The notes under the pieces were generated by a model that was given only the letters and a program-made list of their open reading frames with translations, did not search any database and was not told where the DNA came from. Position numbers and translations under genes: made by a program. Source: Patescibacteria group bacterium (GTDB lineage: Bacteria > Patescibacteriota > Minisyncoccia > 2-02-FULL-40-12 > IGHO2-01-FULL-4-A). From it: DNA of 64,000 nt. Position 1 is the stretch's first letter. Every line of letters starts with the position of its first letter. Positions 27,291-36,698 of the stretch are shown piece by piece. The stretch spans positions 24,874 to 88,873 of the forward strand of contig JBBTSB010000004.1 in NCBI GenBank assembly GCA_038064915.1, in the 5' to 3' direction.

Positions 27291-27929
27291 AAGTTTTGTC
27301 TCGATCTCCGGATGCCGTTTGAGATAATCGGCGACTTTTGGTGCGATGATGTCTTCTTGGCAAATCAACTGGATATGTTTTGGCATCAAGCTTTTGAGAA
27401 CGCCGTAGTGCGTACAACCAAGTATCAAAGTATCAATGTTGTGTTGTGAAAGCGGTTTTACGTACTCATCGACAGTTTTTTTATAAATTTTTCCCGATTC
27501 GATCATCGGTACGAGCTTGGGTGCGGCTTGTTGGAAGACTTCAGCATCAGGAAGAAGTTTTTTTATTTCAGATACATAGGTGCCCGAGTCGACGGTACTT
27601 TGTGTCGCAAGAACTCCGATCCGCTTACCGTGGGCCTCTTCTGCGGTCGGAATTATAATACCCAATGCGCGGTACCCCTCGTGCTGTAATCTGCGCAAGG
27701 CACGAGCAGAGGCCGTATTGCAAAACAAAAAAACTATTGCGCAATCGTGCGAGAATAAAAAGTCTAATGCCCTTTTTGTGAAGCGATAAACGTCCTCTTG
27801 AGATTTGTCGCCGTAGGGAAGGTTTTTGGTATCGCCCAGATATACGTAATCGTATTGTGGTAACGCCGCAACCACCGGCTTCATCAAAAAAAGCCCTCCA
27901 AGTCCTGAATCAAATACACCGATTTTCAT
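27189..27929 (-). CDS. murI: glutamate racemase
   Basis: VFDSGLGGL and GCTHYG motifs; the C-terminal ~30 codons overlap serS convergently. Confidence 0.85.
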   Translation of the reverse strand: MKIGVFDSGLGGLFLMKPVVAALPQYDYVYLGDTKNLPYGDKSQEDVYRFTKRALDFLFSHDCAIVFLFCNTASARALRRLQHEGYRALGIIIPTAEEAHGKRIGVLATQSTVDSGTYVSEIKKLLPDAEVFQQAAPKLVPMIESGKIYKKTVDEYVKPLSQHNIDTLILGCTHYGVLKSLMPKHIQLICQEDIIAPKVADYLKRHPEIETKLSRSGRREYFVTAHHPGLENFGDFDGSRFSLVVL

Positions 27930-27997
27930 GATTTGTCAAATTTAGCGTTCTATGCTACAGTAAAGCCTCGCCCAACAAGCGATTTTATTTTACCACA

Positions 27998-29314
27998 ATG
28001 TTGATTCCCTGGCTTGCTATCTTCGATATTGGCACGATTCGGGCAAACTTCAAAAAGCCGATCGATGTCGCTAAACTCACAACTAAAAGTGAAAATTTTG
28101 CGTTGCTCGTACCCATTTTTAACGACATCAAGTTTCTCCACAATGTAGAATTTCTCAAAGATTACGCCGAACATGTCGTCCTGTGTACGACCACGCAGGA
28201 AACGCCGGAGTTTCTAAGCAAGCTTACCAACCTTGCCAACGAGCACAAGTTTCGCATTAGCTACTCTACGATCGCTCCCGGAAAAAAGAATCCGTGGGCC
28301 ATTTACAACAAAACCCTTCTCGCCCACGAAACAGTACTCAAAGAAAGTGTCGCAGGCATGCGTGAAAAATTTGTGATTTTCATTGACGCGGACACGGTTG
28401 TAGATGGGGATTTGCGTTTACTTGCTGGTGCCATGGAAGATCATAATTTTGATCTGGCATCCGTCAAAGTCTTGCCGATGCATCGAACAAGAATCATCCA
28501 AAAACTCCAAGGCGTGGAGTATGACATCGCGATGCAAGCGCGCCTCATTTATCCGTGGCTTACCAGTGGGGCAGGTATGATCGCCAAGCGGGAGATGATG
28601 GAAAAGATCATGAAAAATCATTCGCTGTTTTTTAACGGTGGCGATATCGAAATCGGCAAGCTCGCGGATCTCCTGGGCTACCACGTGGGCCACATTCCAA
28701 TGAAGTTCTATACGGAAATTCCAGCTACCACCATGGCGTGGATCCGTCAGCGCTTCTCCTGGATGTCCGGATGTTTTCGCCACGCGATCATCAACTTTCA
28801 TCACAATCTACGTCACCCGTTTCACTTTATCTACTTCTCGTTCATGATCTATTTTCTGTTCCCGCTCAAAGTCTATCAGATGGCGCAGCACTGGATGATC
28901 CTTCCCTATATCCTAGCGCTTTACACGTTGCTTACGATTGTCGCCAACTGGAAAGTCCGTAGCCGTTGGATGCTCGTATTTCCCATTTACGCGCTTTTTC
29001 AGGTGCTCGTGCTGATTTGGTTTGGTGTCTTTCGCTATGTTGTCACGGTGTATAAAACGGGAAACTTTGGGCGTATCAAAATCCATCACGCCCATCATGC
29101 AAAAGCCCCGAAGCGATTTGCCTCCTTCAAGGCCGTTCTGAATCACTCGACCATTTTTGCCGTGATCGCGCTGATTATTTTCTCTACGAGCTTCTCCCTC
29201 CAAAAACGCGTATTTGGTAGAACCTTTGAAACCGAGCTGATTATTATTTCTGCAAAAAATGCTACGTATAACGCTGTTGCACAACTCTTTCCTATCCGCG
29301 TAGCGAAGAATTAA
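27998..29314 (+). CDS. membrane-embedded family 2 glycosyltransferase (processive synthase-like)
   Basis: FIDADT (DxD) and QRFSW (QxxRW-like) motifs; C-terminal TM bundle. Confidence 0.7.
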   Translation: MLIPWLAIFDIGTIRANFKKPIDVAKLTTKSENFALLVPIFNDIKFLHNVEFLKDYAEHVVLCTTTQETPEFLSKLTNLANEHKFRISYSTIAPGKKNPWAIYNKTLLAHETVLKESVAGMREKFVIFIDADTVVDGDLRLLAGAMEDHNFDLASVKVLPMHRTRIIQKLQGVEYDIAMQARLIYPWLTSGAGMIAKREMMEKIMKNHSLFFNGGDIEIGKLADLLGYHVGHIPMKFYTEIPATTMAWIRQRFSWMSGCFRHAIINFHHNLRHPFHFIYFSFMIYFLFPLKVYQMAQHWMILPYILALYTLLTIVANWKVRSRWMLVFPIYALFQVLVLIWFGVFRYVVTVYKTGNFGRIKIHHAHHAKAPKRFASFKAVLNHSTIFAVIALIIFSTSFSLQKRVFGRTFETELIIISAKNATYNAVAQLFPIRVAKN

Positions 29315-29425
29315 AAAGTATGTCGAACTTGTGTCATGTCGCCGACGCTTCGCTCTTCTGAAAGAGGTGGTCACTCCGGTCACCTCTTTCAAACCTTATT
29401 AACAACATTAACGTCTAAACTATAT

Positions 29426-29611
29426 ATGGAAGATCCAATAATCATACAACAACCGTCAGGTGGTTCCGGATGGGGAGCAGGGTTTGGAATGGTTATCGCG
29501 GTGATTATTTTGGTCGCCGCCGCTATCTATCTTGTTCCCCGTATTCGCAGTCAGGACAAAGAACGAGATGTAGATATAAAGGTCAATCTCCCCACGGGCG
29601 AGCAACAATAA
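29426..29611 (+). CDS. small single-TM protein (61 aa)
   Basis: Gly-rich N-terminus, one TM segment; GC above average; no SD. Confidence 0.3.
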   Translation: MEDPIIIQQPSGGSGWGAGFGMVIAVIILVAAAIYLVPRIRSQDKERDVDIKVNLPTGEQQ

Positions 29612-29820
29612 ATCCGGGGTATTAAAAAGCGCACAGTTGCCTGGCGCTCTTTCCCCGCAGCCCAATTGCTGCGGGGTTGCGTCGTGCTGGCGTGGTGGAA
29701 TCTTGAAAGCCATACAGAAGCGTCGACGGCTCGTCATAACATAAACTCCTATTGGGGGGATCCCGGTCCCCGTGCCGTACTCCGCTTCCATGGTATGCTT
29801 TTTTGCGGTATAGTCAATCA

Positions 29821-30486
29821 ATGCTTGAGTTTTTAAAGTTCTATAATCGTCCTCAAACCTACAAGGCGGAGATTCGCGTTGAGGTAGAAAATAGGAGCAA
29901 TAAAAAAGCAAAAGGACATCTTGTGGTGCCGTTGCCGCGGACGACGGAATATCAGACAACAACACCGGAGTTTCGCGAGCCGACGATGGCATTTGATCTT
30001 GAACTGGAAGCAGGAGAAAAAAAATCCGTGTCGGTTGTTTTCAAGGCCCACGTGATGCCACGCAAATACAATGGCAAGATTGCACCAGAAATTGTCCAGG
30101 CAAATGAATTTGTGATAAGCTACCTGACCTACGGCAATGCTATAGATGGGTTGTACACCGCGCAAGAGGCGCGAGAGAAGCGGGTCGTGGACTGTGGCGG
30201 ATTTGATACGCTCTTGCAAGATGAGCTCAAGAAGAAGGGCATTGCGAGCAATGTAGTGGCCGGATTTTGGAGCGATGGGAAAATGCATGCTTGGCTAGAG
30301 ATTGAAGGAAATATTTCCGCGGATCCGTCTATGGAATGGCTTCGTGCACGAAGAAAAACCAAAAAATCGGGAAAACTTGGTTTTGTCGGCAGTGACCGGA
30401 TAGTTTTTTCGATGGGAGAGCCCTTCTTACAAAAACCAATCACTGATTTACCACATGAAAACCATCTTTACATCACTCGCGCCTAA
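29821..30486 (+). CDS. transglutaminase-like cysteine peptidase domain protein
   Basis: CGGFDTLL...GKMHAWLEIEG fits the Cys...His-x-W-x-E core of the transglutaminase-like superfamily. Confidence 0.55.
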   Translation: MLEFLKFYNRPQTYKAEIRVEVENRSNKKAKGHLVVPLPRTTEYQTTTPEFREPTMAFDLELEAGEKKSVSVVFKAHVMPRKYNGKIAPEIVQANEFVISYLTYGNAIDGLYTAQEAREKRVVDCGGFDTLLQDELKKKGIASNVVAGFWSDGKMHAWLEIEGNISADPSMEWLRARRKTKKSGKLGFVGSDRIVFSMGEPFLQKPITDLPHENHLYITRA

Positions 30487-31615
30487 CGTCGAAAAAGACG
30501 ATGCTCAACTTGCGTTTCGGCTTTTGTTTTCGCCGTGGCAATGGAAGCGTGGTCCATATATACAAAAATTTTATGAAACGCTGAAAAACTATCTCGGTCG
30601 CGAATATGCGTTCGTGTTTGAAAGCGGCCGTACGGCACTCTATGCAATTCTCAAGTGTTTGGATCTGAAAACAGATGACGAAGTTCTTTTACAGGCTTTT
30701 ACATGCGTTGCCGTGCCCAATGCGGTACTTTGGGCAGGAGCAAAGCCGGTGTATGTGGATTGCAACGATAGCTATACGATGTCAGTTGAAGATCTGAAGC
30801 GAAAAATTACCCCGCGGAGCAAAGTACTTATCATCCAACATACGTTTGGAATTGAATCGGATATGCCCGAACTCATGGCTGTCGCGCGAGAGCACAAGCT
30901 TTTTGTCATTGAAGATTCAGCACATGCACTTGGGTTGGTCAAGCCTCAAGCTGATGCGGCGTTTTTTAGTTTTGGACGCGACAAGATTATATCTTCTACG
31001 TTTGGTGGCGCGGTGGCGACGAATGATCCGGTTTTGGGAGAGCACCTTCGCGCGATCAAGCTCGGTATGCTGTATCCTTCGGGAAGATGGATTTTACAGC
31101 AGTTATTTTACCCCATCATCATGTACATCGTACGAAAAACATACGATTATGGAATCGGGAAAGTATTACTCTCCCTTGTACGATCATTTCGATTGATTTC
31201 CAAGCCGGTGTATCCGGAAGAAAAACTTGCAAAAAAGCCCGCGTGGCAACCACGCCGATTGCCCAATGCCATAGCACTACTCGCTTTGCAACAGTTTGTG
31301 AAACTTGAGAGATTTAATACGCACCGCAAACGTATTGCTTCGATGTATCAAAAACATTTTTCCGGTTCAGGAATTTTGCGATTTGCGCTTCATGCAAACG
31401 TTCCTCGGCAAAAAGGAATATTCCTGGGAGATTGGTACACGACCGCAATAGCGCCTGCTGGAGTGAGCTATGATGCCATCGGCTACGATCCTTCAACCTG
31501 TCCAAATGCCGAGCGGCTTACTAGGGACATCATCAACCTTCCTACCGATATTCATATTACCGAACAAGATGCACAGCGGATCATTTCTACAATCAAAAGC
31601 CTGGGAGCAAACTAA
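30455..31615 (+). CDS. DegT/DnrJ/EryC1/StrS family PLP-dependent aminotransferase
   Basis: AFTCVAVPNAVLWAGAKPVYVDC, EDSAHALG and SFGRDKIISSTFGGAV motifs. Confidence 0.8.
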   Translation: MKTIFTSLAPNVEKDDAQLAFRLLFSPWQWKRGPYIQKFYETLKNYLGREYAFVFESGRTALYAILKCLDLKTDDEVLLQAFTCVAVPNAVLWAGAKPVYVDCNDSYTMSVEDLKRKITPRSKVLIIQHTFGIESDMPELMAVAREHKLFVIEDSAHALGLVKPQADAAFFSFGRDKIISSTFGGAVATNDPVLGEHLRAIKLGMLYPSGRWILQQLFYPIIMYIVRKTYDYGIGKVLLSLVRSFRLISKPVYPEEKLAKKPAWQPRRLPNAIALLALQQFVKLERFNTHRKRIASMYQKHFSGSGILRFALHANVPRQKGIFLGDWYTTAIAPAGVSYDAIGYDPSTCPNAERLTRDIINLPTDIHITEQDAQRIISTIKSLGAN

Positions 31616-32420
31616 CCAAGCGCTCGGCCATCAGACATTCCGGGTCGGTGGTGTGCTTTGTATAAAAACGATTGCCCGTCGCGGGACGTTTTTACTTGTT
31701 CCCCATACACGGACGATCAATCAGGAAATCATCGAACTCGGGCGGAACGAGCACTGCGATTTTATCCGCGTTTGTCCGTTGACTCTCGATTCTCCGGAGG
31801 CACGTTTAAACTTTAAACTCTTAAACTTTAAACGTGCTCCTATTCACGTCCATCCGGAACACGCATGGATTGTGGAACTCAAGGATGATGAGACATTGTT
31901 TGCAGGTATGCGCAAAACCACACGCTACTCTATAAAAAAAGCACAAAAGGACGGAATAGTTGCCCACATCAGTACGGACCTTGAAGCATTTTGGAAGCTG
32001 TATATACTAACTGCTCAACGACAGCAGTTTGTGCCATTTTCGCGAAAGTTACTGGAAGCGGAATTCCAAGCTTTTGGAGACGATGCATTCATCGTCATGA
32101 CTGACCACGCCTCTGCATTTGTCGTGACAACGGAAGATGAAGCCTTCTATCATCATGGTGCATCAACCCATCACCCAACGGCTTCGTATCTAGTGCAATG
32201 GACGGCGATGCAGGAGGCACGGCGCCGCGGAAAGAAATTTTACAATTTCTGGGGGGTGTGGGACGATCCCCATTCACCGCAGTATGGATTGTCTCAATTC
32301 AAACGAGGCTTTGGAGGGTTTCAAGAATCATACGTGCCGACGCAAGATTTTATTTTGACAAAAAAATACTGGCTTAATTACATCATTGAAAAAATTCGCA
32401 AGCTACAAAGAGGATTTTGA
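31569..32420 (+). CDS. FemAB-family aminoacyltransferase, copy 2
   Basis: FLQSKAWEQ N-terminus and C-terminal YLVQWTAMQEARRRGKKFYNFWGV; start set at ATG 31569 to avoid overlap with the DegT gene; contains the TTTAAAC repeat element. Confidence 0.7.
   Translation: MHSGSFLQSKAWEQTNQALGHQTFRVGGVLCIKTIARRGTFLLVPHTRTINQEIIELGRNEHCDFIRVCPLTLDSPEARLNFKLLNFKRAPIHVHPEHAWIVELKDDETLFAGMRKTTRYSIKKAQKDGIVAHISTDLEAFWKLYILTAQRQQFVPFSRKLLEAEFQAFGDDAFIVMTDHASAFVVTTEDEAFYHHGASTHHPTASYLVQWTAMQEARRRGKKFYNFWGVWDDPHSPQYGLSQFKRGFGGFQESYVPTQDFILTKKYWLNYIIEKIRKLQRGF
31804..31833. repeat. TTTAAAC-heptamer repeat element, in frame in femAB copy 2
   Basis: GTTTAAACTTTAAACTCTTAAACTTTAAAC encodes RLNFKLLNFKR. Confidence 0.65.
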
Positions 32421-33198
32421 GGAGCAAAAACGCCGCAAGTTTATTTCGCGTGCGAACCGTTTTATTATTTCTGCTCTCATCACTTCTGCGATCGCAGTTG
32501 TTCTTTTGTTTTTAGCGAATCTTTTTGATGTTCGGGTATTGACGATTCAGTCGCCGTCGTTGATTCCTGCCGAAGACGTGGAAGCAAAAGCGTGGGAAGT
32601 GCTCAATGACCGTCGTTTTGGCATAGCTCGCAAGAAGAATATTCTCCTTTTTTCCCCGCAAAAAATCGGTCCCGCGCTGCAAAAAGAATTTCCGCGTATT
32701 GATGCAGTCGATATCCGTCGCACCTCACTACACGAACTTTCCATTGTTGTTTACGAGCGGGTATCTGTGGGTTTGTGGTGTATTATGATCATGCAACAGT
32801 GCTACTACTATGACGCGTCGGGAACCGCATATGCCAACATCGTGCCATCCTCCGGATATCTTTTTGTTGCGGTTAATGATTATCGGGATCGCAACATATC
32901 ACTTGGTGAGTCAGTCGCCCCTGAAGACTGGCGTTTGCATATCTCTGAAGTCAAAAAAATTCTTCAGTTTGGAGGAATACCTATCACCTCAATTGAAATA
33001 CCCGGAGATTCTCATGATGAGTTTATTATCATTACCCGTGAAGGATGGAAGATTTTTTATGTTAACGATGGCTCGATTCGCACGCAGACCAACAGTCTCT
33101 TGGTGTTTTTGCGCGAAAAACTTGCCCCTTCAGCACGTGCAAATCTGGAATATGTTGATCTTAGAATCGAGGACCGGATATATTATAAACAAAAATAG
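32386..33198 (+). CDS. FtsQ/DivIB-like cell division protein (single TM plus POTRA-like domain)
   Basis: N-terminal cytoplasmic tail, one TM, then a beta-rich extracytoplasmic domain. Confidence 0.5.
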   Translation: MKKFASYKEDFEEQKRRKFISRANRFIISALITSAIAVVLLFLANLFDVRVLTIQSPSLIPAEDVEAKAWEVLNDRRFGIARKKNILLFSPQKIGPALQKEFPRIDAVDIRRTSLHELSIVVYERVSVGLWCIMIMQQCYYYDASGTAYANIVPSSGYLFVAVNDYRDRNISLGESVAPEDWRLHISEVKKILQFGGIPITSIEIPGDSHDEFIIITREGWKIFYVNDGSIRTQTNSLLVFLREKLAPSARANLEYVDLRIEDRIYYKQK

Positions 33199-34855
33199 AG
33201 TTACCGATGGTAGTGACGGGCTGATAGTCGGCAAGCCAGGAGTATTTTTTGTATTTTTCGTTTTGCAGGAAGGTCGCTGATATTGCGAGCCAGCCATCGG
33301 TTTGGCTCTTTTGCAAAAAATCTCGCTCATTTTTATATTTATCCGATGTAAGCCACACGAAGGAATCACCCAAGTAGTACTGCTGGTCCGCCCAGCCGAA
33401 GTAATCAAGCTCGATCTTTTTGATATCGTTTTTCTCAACCCAATCAGCGAAACGCTTCAGGTCTTGTCCCCAATCCAGGTTTGAATCGACGACATACCGA
33501 TAGCCACCACTCGGACCACCGACGGTTTGGTTAAAATATGTTAAGTAATATGGGAAAATTCGAAAGTTTTCCAAAAGAAACCATGCGATCAATACCGGCA
33601 CCGCAAAAAATACTTTCCTAGGCAAACGAACAAGTTGCCCGGAAACCAGAATGATCATGAACGGATATACGGGCAGGAGATGCCTCACGCCGATATTCAA
33701 GGTGCTATGGATGCTCGTGGCCCAATAGATCACGAGCCATAAAATCATCGCGATTTCGTCGATGTGATCTTTAAACTTGAAACGTGAAACTTTAAACCTT
33801 GCTATCGCGATTGTGATAGCGGTCAATAACAGCGCGAGCCAGGAAAGCGGTTCTTTGATCAGATAAACGAACGGAAAATAGATCGGTCCCGCGCTCGTGG
33901 TAACGGTATCTCGAAAGTAGACCGTATTTCCGCCGGCGGATCGTTGTGTTACCATAAGCAACCCCAAACCATACTGCGCAGGAGCCCGCAGGATCGGTTT
34001 TCCGGATGCCCACACAACCGGATCAGCAAGTAGTCGATTTCCAAATGTTTGGAGCAACGTTTCGGTGTCGTGATGTTGGCGGTCAATTGGATAGTGCCAA
34101 ACGTGAAATGCATACACAGGCCATACGACAACAACAAACCCAACGATCATCAACAAGGCTGTCTTGGTGATCATTCGCCAATTCCAAGTGCAAGCGACAA
34201 TCACGAAAAGAGGAATAAGAAGAACAGTCGAAAATTTCATGAGCAAAGCCAGTCCAAACATAACAGCTGCATACCAAAAATATTTTCGTGTTGGTTCTTT
34301 TAAGTAACGTACAAACCAATAAGTTGCAATGAGTACGCCAAGCGCCGCAGGAATATCGGTAGTCACAAAGCGGCTATGCGCCATGACGGTCGGTGAAAAT
34401 GAAAAGAGCGTGACCGCCAAAAGGCCAGCCTTGTCTCCATAGCGTTGTCGCGTCCACCAAAACACCATCCATCCAGCAATAATAAAGATGATAAGCGGAG
34501 GAATTTTTGCTACATGAGTAATGAGCTCAGCATTGTTGCCGGTATGGTAAATCAGTTTCCGACCAAACTCCCACTGGTCGTTGATGTTGGTGGTCCAGGA
34601 ATTTGTTGCAAATGCGTCGTGATTGAGTTCAAGAGGTAGGAGCGCAATACCGGCAAGATCTTTTGCCAACGGCGGATGCTCGGGATTGAGCCGCATATCC
34701 TGCTTTGCAACATACGAATATCCTGCACCAATGTGAGGATCCTCATCAACGATAATTGAATCATTCCAAGCGCTGGCATAAGCAACGACAGCGGCGATTG
34801 CGATAATGATTACTGCACTAGCGCGTGACAATCGAAATGAGAGTTTCATATTCAT
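33161..34855 (-). CDS. GT-C glycosyltransferase, PMT/ArnT (GT39/GT83)-like
   Basis: IVDEDPH loop-1 motif and about 11 TM segments; contains the TTTAAAC repeat element. Confidence 0.7.
   Translation of the reverse strand: MNMKLSFRLSRASAVIIIAIAAVVAYASAWNDSIIVDEDPHIGAGYSYVAKQDMRLNPEHPPLAKDLAGIALLPLELNHDAFATNSWTTNINDQWEFGRKLIYHTGNNAELITHVAKIPPLIIFIIAGWMVFWWTRQRYGDKAGLLAVTLFSFSPTVMAHSRFVTTDIPAALGVLIATYWFVRYLKEPTRKYFWYAAVMFGLALLMKFSTVLLIPLFVIVACTWNWRMITKTALLMIVGFVVVVWPVYAFHVWHYPIDRQHHDTETLLQTFGNRLLADPVVWASGKPILRAPAQYGLGLLMVTQRSAGGNTVYFRDTVTTSAGPIYFPFVYLIKEPLSWLALLLTAITIAIARFKVSRFKFKDHIDEIAMILWLVIYWATSIHSTLNIGVRHLLPVYPFMIILVSGQLVRLPRKVFFAVPVLIAWFLLENFRIFPYYLTYFNQTVGGPSGGYRYVVDSNLDWGQDLKRFADWVEKNDIKKIELDYFGWADQQYYLGDSFVWLTSDKYKNERDFLQKSQTDGWLAISATFLQNEKYKKYSWLADYQPVTTIGNSIFVYNISGPRF
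33769..33798. repeat. TTTAAAC-heptamer repeat element (reverse orientation), in frame in the GT39-like gene
   Basis: CTTTAAACTTGAAACGTGAAACTTTAAACC; the minus strand encodes RFKVSRFKFK. Confidence 0.55.
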
Positions 34856-35762
34856 TCAACATAATACCCAGAAGTAGTAGGAATAACGCTAGTGTTGCGA
34901 TTGCATGGCTTTCCTGTACGCGATGTTCATGCAGTACAACCTCATGCACGTCATATATTTGATACCATTTCCGACTGAAATCATATATCCACCACAATCC
35001 TTCCCCGGCGAAAATCATCAAGACGGGCAATAGGAGAACACTTTGACAACTTGCCACAAGCCACGATAGCAGAAGTACTTGCACGGTGGGAAAGTGTCCG
35101 TGAATTTTCCGACGTCGCCAGAGTTTTATGATGTTTCTCAACAAGCCAATAGCGCTCAATAGAGCAACGGGCCAAAAAAGCATGGGATACCCTACTACCC
35201 AGTTCATGCTGCCAAATCCATTCACCAGGTAGTGCCAGATGACGGGTGTAGCGACAATAATGCCCGTCACCATAAGCAGTGCAAACCCACTCATGAGATG
35301 ATTACGCGACGCAAGGTATTTATCATGCGAAAAATCACGCTTGATCGAGTGCCAGTAGGCCGCAACAACAACGATCAGGACCAAAGGTACGAAAACAAAA
35401 GATGTTGATGAGTAAAAGCCGAGGCCGAGCAAGCCTCCTGAAAGCGCAAAGTCAGAGAGTCGAGCGGACGTTTTTCCTTTCCAGAAAAAATACAAGCCCC
35501 ACACCAAAAAAAACGGTGCTGGAGAAATATCCCATGAAGAAACAGCCAGGAAGAAACTTGCGAGACCAGCAATTTCCCAATTAAAAAGTTTCTTGGTCAG
35601 TAGGTACGTTCCGGCAACCGTAAGCACACTTAACAGAGCGTAGGGAATAAAGACGTGATCAAGGCCTCGGAACCGAAACACAATGGCGACTACCAAAACA
35701 ATCACCACCACCCACCATTCGTGATTTCTGTGTTTCGTAGGATATATTGGCATTGAAATCAT
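34818..35762 (-). CDS. polytopic membrane protein, GT-C/ArnT-like N-terminal region
   Basis: multiple TM segments; adjacent to and overlapping the GT39-like gene. Confidence 0.45.
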   Translation of the reverse strand: MISMPIYPTKHRNHEWWVVVIVLVVAIVFRFRGLDHVFIPYALLSVLTVAGTYLLTKKLFNWEIAGLASFFLAVSSWDISPAPFFLVWGLYFFWKGKTSARLSDFALSGGLLGLGFYSSTSFVFVPLVLIVVVAAYWHSIKRDFSHDKYLASRNHLMSGFALLMVTGIIVATPVIWHYLVNGFGSMNWVVGYPMLFWPVALLSAIGLLRNIIKLWRRRKIHGHFPTVQVLLLSWLVASCQSVLLLPVLMIFAGEGLWWIYDFSRKWYQIYDVHEVVLHEHRVQESHAIATLALFLLLLGIMLNEYETLISIVTR

Positions 35763-35799
35763 TATACTCTTGCATTGTGCACTTTAGTATGCTAAAGTT

Positions 35800-36102
35800 G
35801 TGGATATGCAATGGAACACCAAGCAAACAAATGAGCTTTTCATGGCTATTTTACAGCTCAAAACGACCGACGAGGCTCGACGCTTTTTCCGTGATTTGCT
35901 TACGGAAGACGAGCTTATAGAATTCGGTAACCGTTGGCTTGCCGCACGGCTCCTTGCCAAAGGCGTTTCCTATACAAAAATCCAAGACCGCACCCGTCTT
36001 TCCAGCACCACCATCGCCCGCGTCTCCAAATGGCTGAACAAAGGTATGGATGGGTACAAATTGATGATCGCCCGCCTCTCTCATCACACCAAACCCTTGT
36101 AG
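35800..36102 (+). CDS. YerC/YecD-like TrpR-related DNA-binding protein
   Basis: LAARLLAKGVSYTKIQDRTRLSSTTIARVSKWL HTH pattern of the YerC family. Confidence 0.7.
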   Translation: MDMQWNTKQTNELFMAILQLKTTDEARRFFRDLLTEDELIEFGNRWLAARLLAKGVSYTKIQDRTRLSSTTIARVSKWLNKGMDGYKLMIARLSHHTKPL

Positions 36103-36181
36103 GAAGGGATTGTTTGCTTTCTCACGCGTTCAATCTCTTCCTGGAAGGGATTTTTTACTTTCAGGAAGGAGAGGAGAATTC

Positions 36182-36340
36182 ATGGAGTTCGAGATCGTCA
36201 ATGAGTTCATCCGCAAGGTTCAACAGCTTATCCTGGACCGAGAAGCAGGTCTCGAGACGCGCGATGCGGTACTTGATGCACTCGAAGAGCTTCTTGAAGA
36301 CGCCAAGCGTTCTCTCCATAAGCTACGCGTTGCTGAATAG
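36182..36340 (+). CDS. small acidic helical protein (52 aa)
   Basis: SD AGGAGAGGAG 6 nt upstream of ATG; the ORF track extends it upstream to 36110. Confidence 0.35.
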   Translation: MEFEIVNEFIRKVQQLILDREAGLETRDAVLDALEELLEDAKRSLHKLRVAE

Positions 36341-36385
36341 TACAACAGGGGTTGGCAGATATCCCAAAAACTGCCTTTTCAAGAA

Positions 36386-36413
36386 TTGACATCCAGGAGG
36401 TAGACGATATAAT
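36386..36413 (+). promoter_or_regulatory. promoter for the coiled-coil gene pair
   Basis: TTGACA, 16 nt, TATAAT; the ATG at 36423 is about 9 nt downstream (near leaderless). Confidence 0.5.
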
Positions 36414-36422
36414 TGAGAAATC

Positions 36423-36698
36423 ATGGCAAAGCAAACAATTCTAACAAAAGAGGATTTTGAAAGCATTTTGGATAAAAAGCTCAAGAGTCACACAAAGGAT
36501 ATTAAAGTTCATGTGACTAAAGAAATCAAAAGAGAGGTTGGTGATCTAGCCGCAATGACTGCGCGTGGATTTCGATCTGTTGATGAGCGTTTTGACCAAG
36601 TTGACCGAAAGATTGATAAATTGACGACTATATCCGAAAATCACGAGAAACGCATCAAACGCGTGGAAAAGGCGGTTGGCATTCCTGAAATTGTATGA
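36423..36698 (+). CDS. small coiled-coil protein, paralog family member 2
   Basis: 91 aa; shares LxxHTKxI...GF...ER...KL with members 1 and 3. Confidence 0.45.
   Translation: MAKQTILTKEDFESILDKKLKSHTKDIKVHVTKEIKREVGDLAAMTARGFRSVDERFDQVDRKIDKLTTISENHEKRIKRVEKAVGIPEIV

Noticed and set aside
29456-29992. 178-aa minus-strand ORF spanning the spacer between the small TM ORF and the transglutaminase-like gene
   Set aside because: It overlaps two plus-strand genes and a hairpin-rich spacer. Its composition is typical of an antisense artefact.
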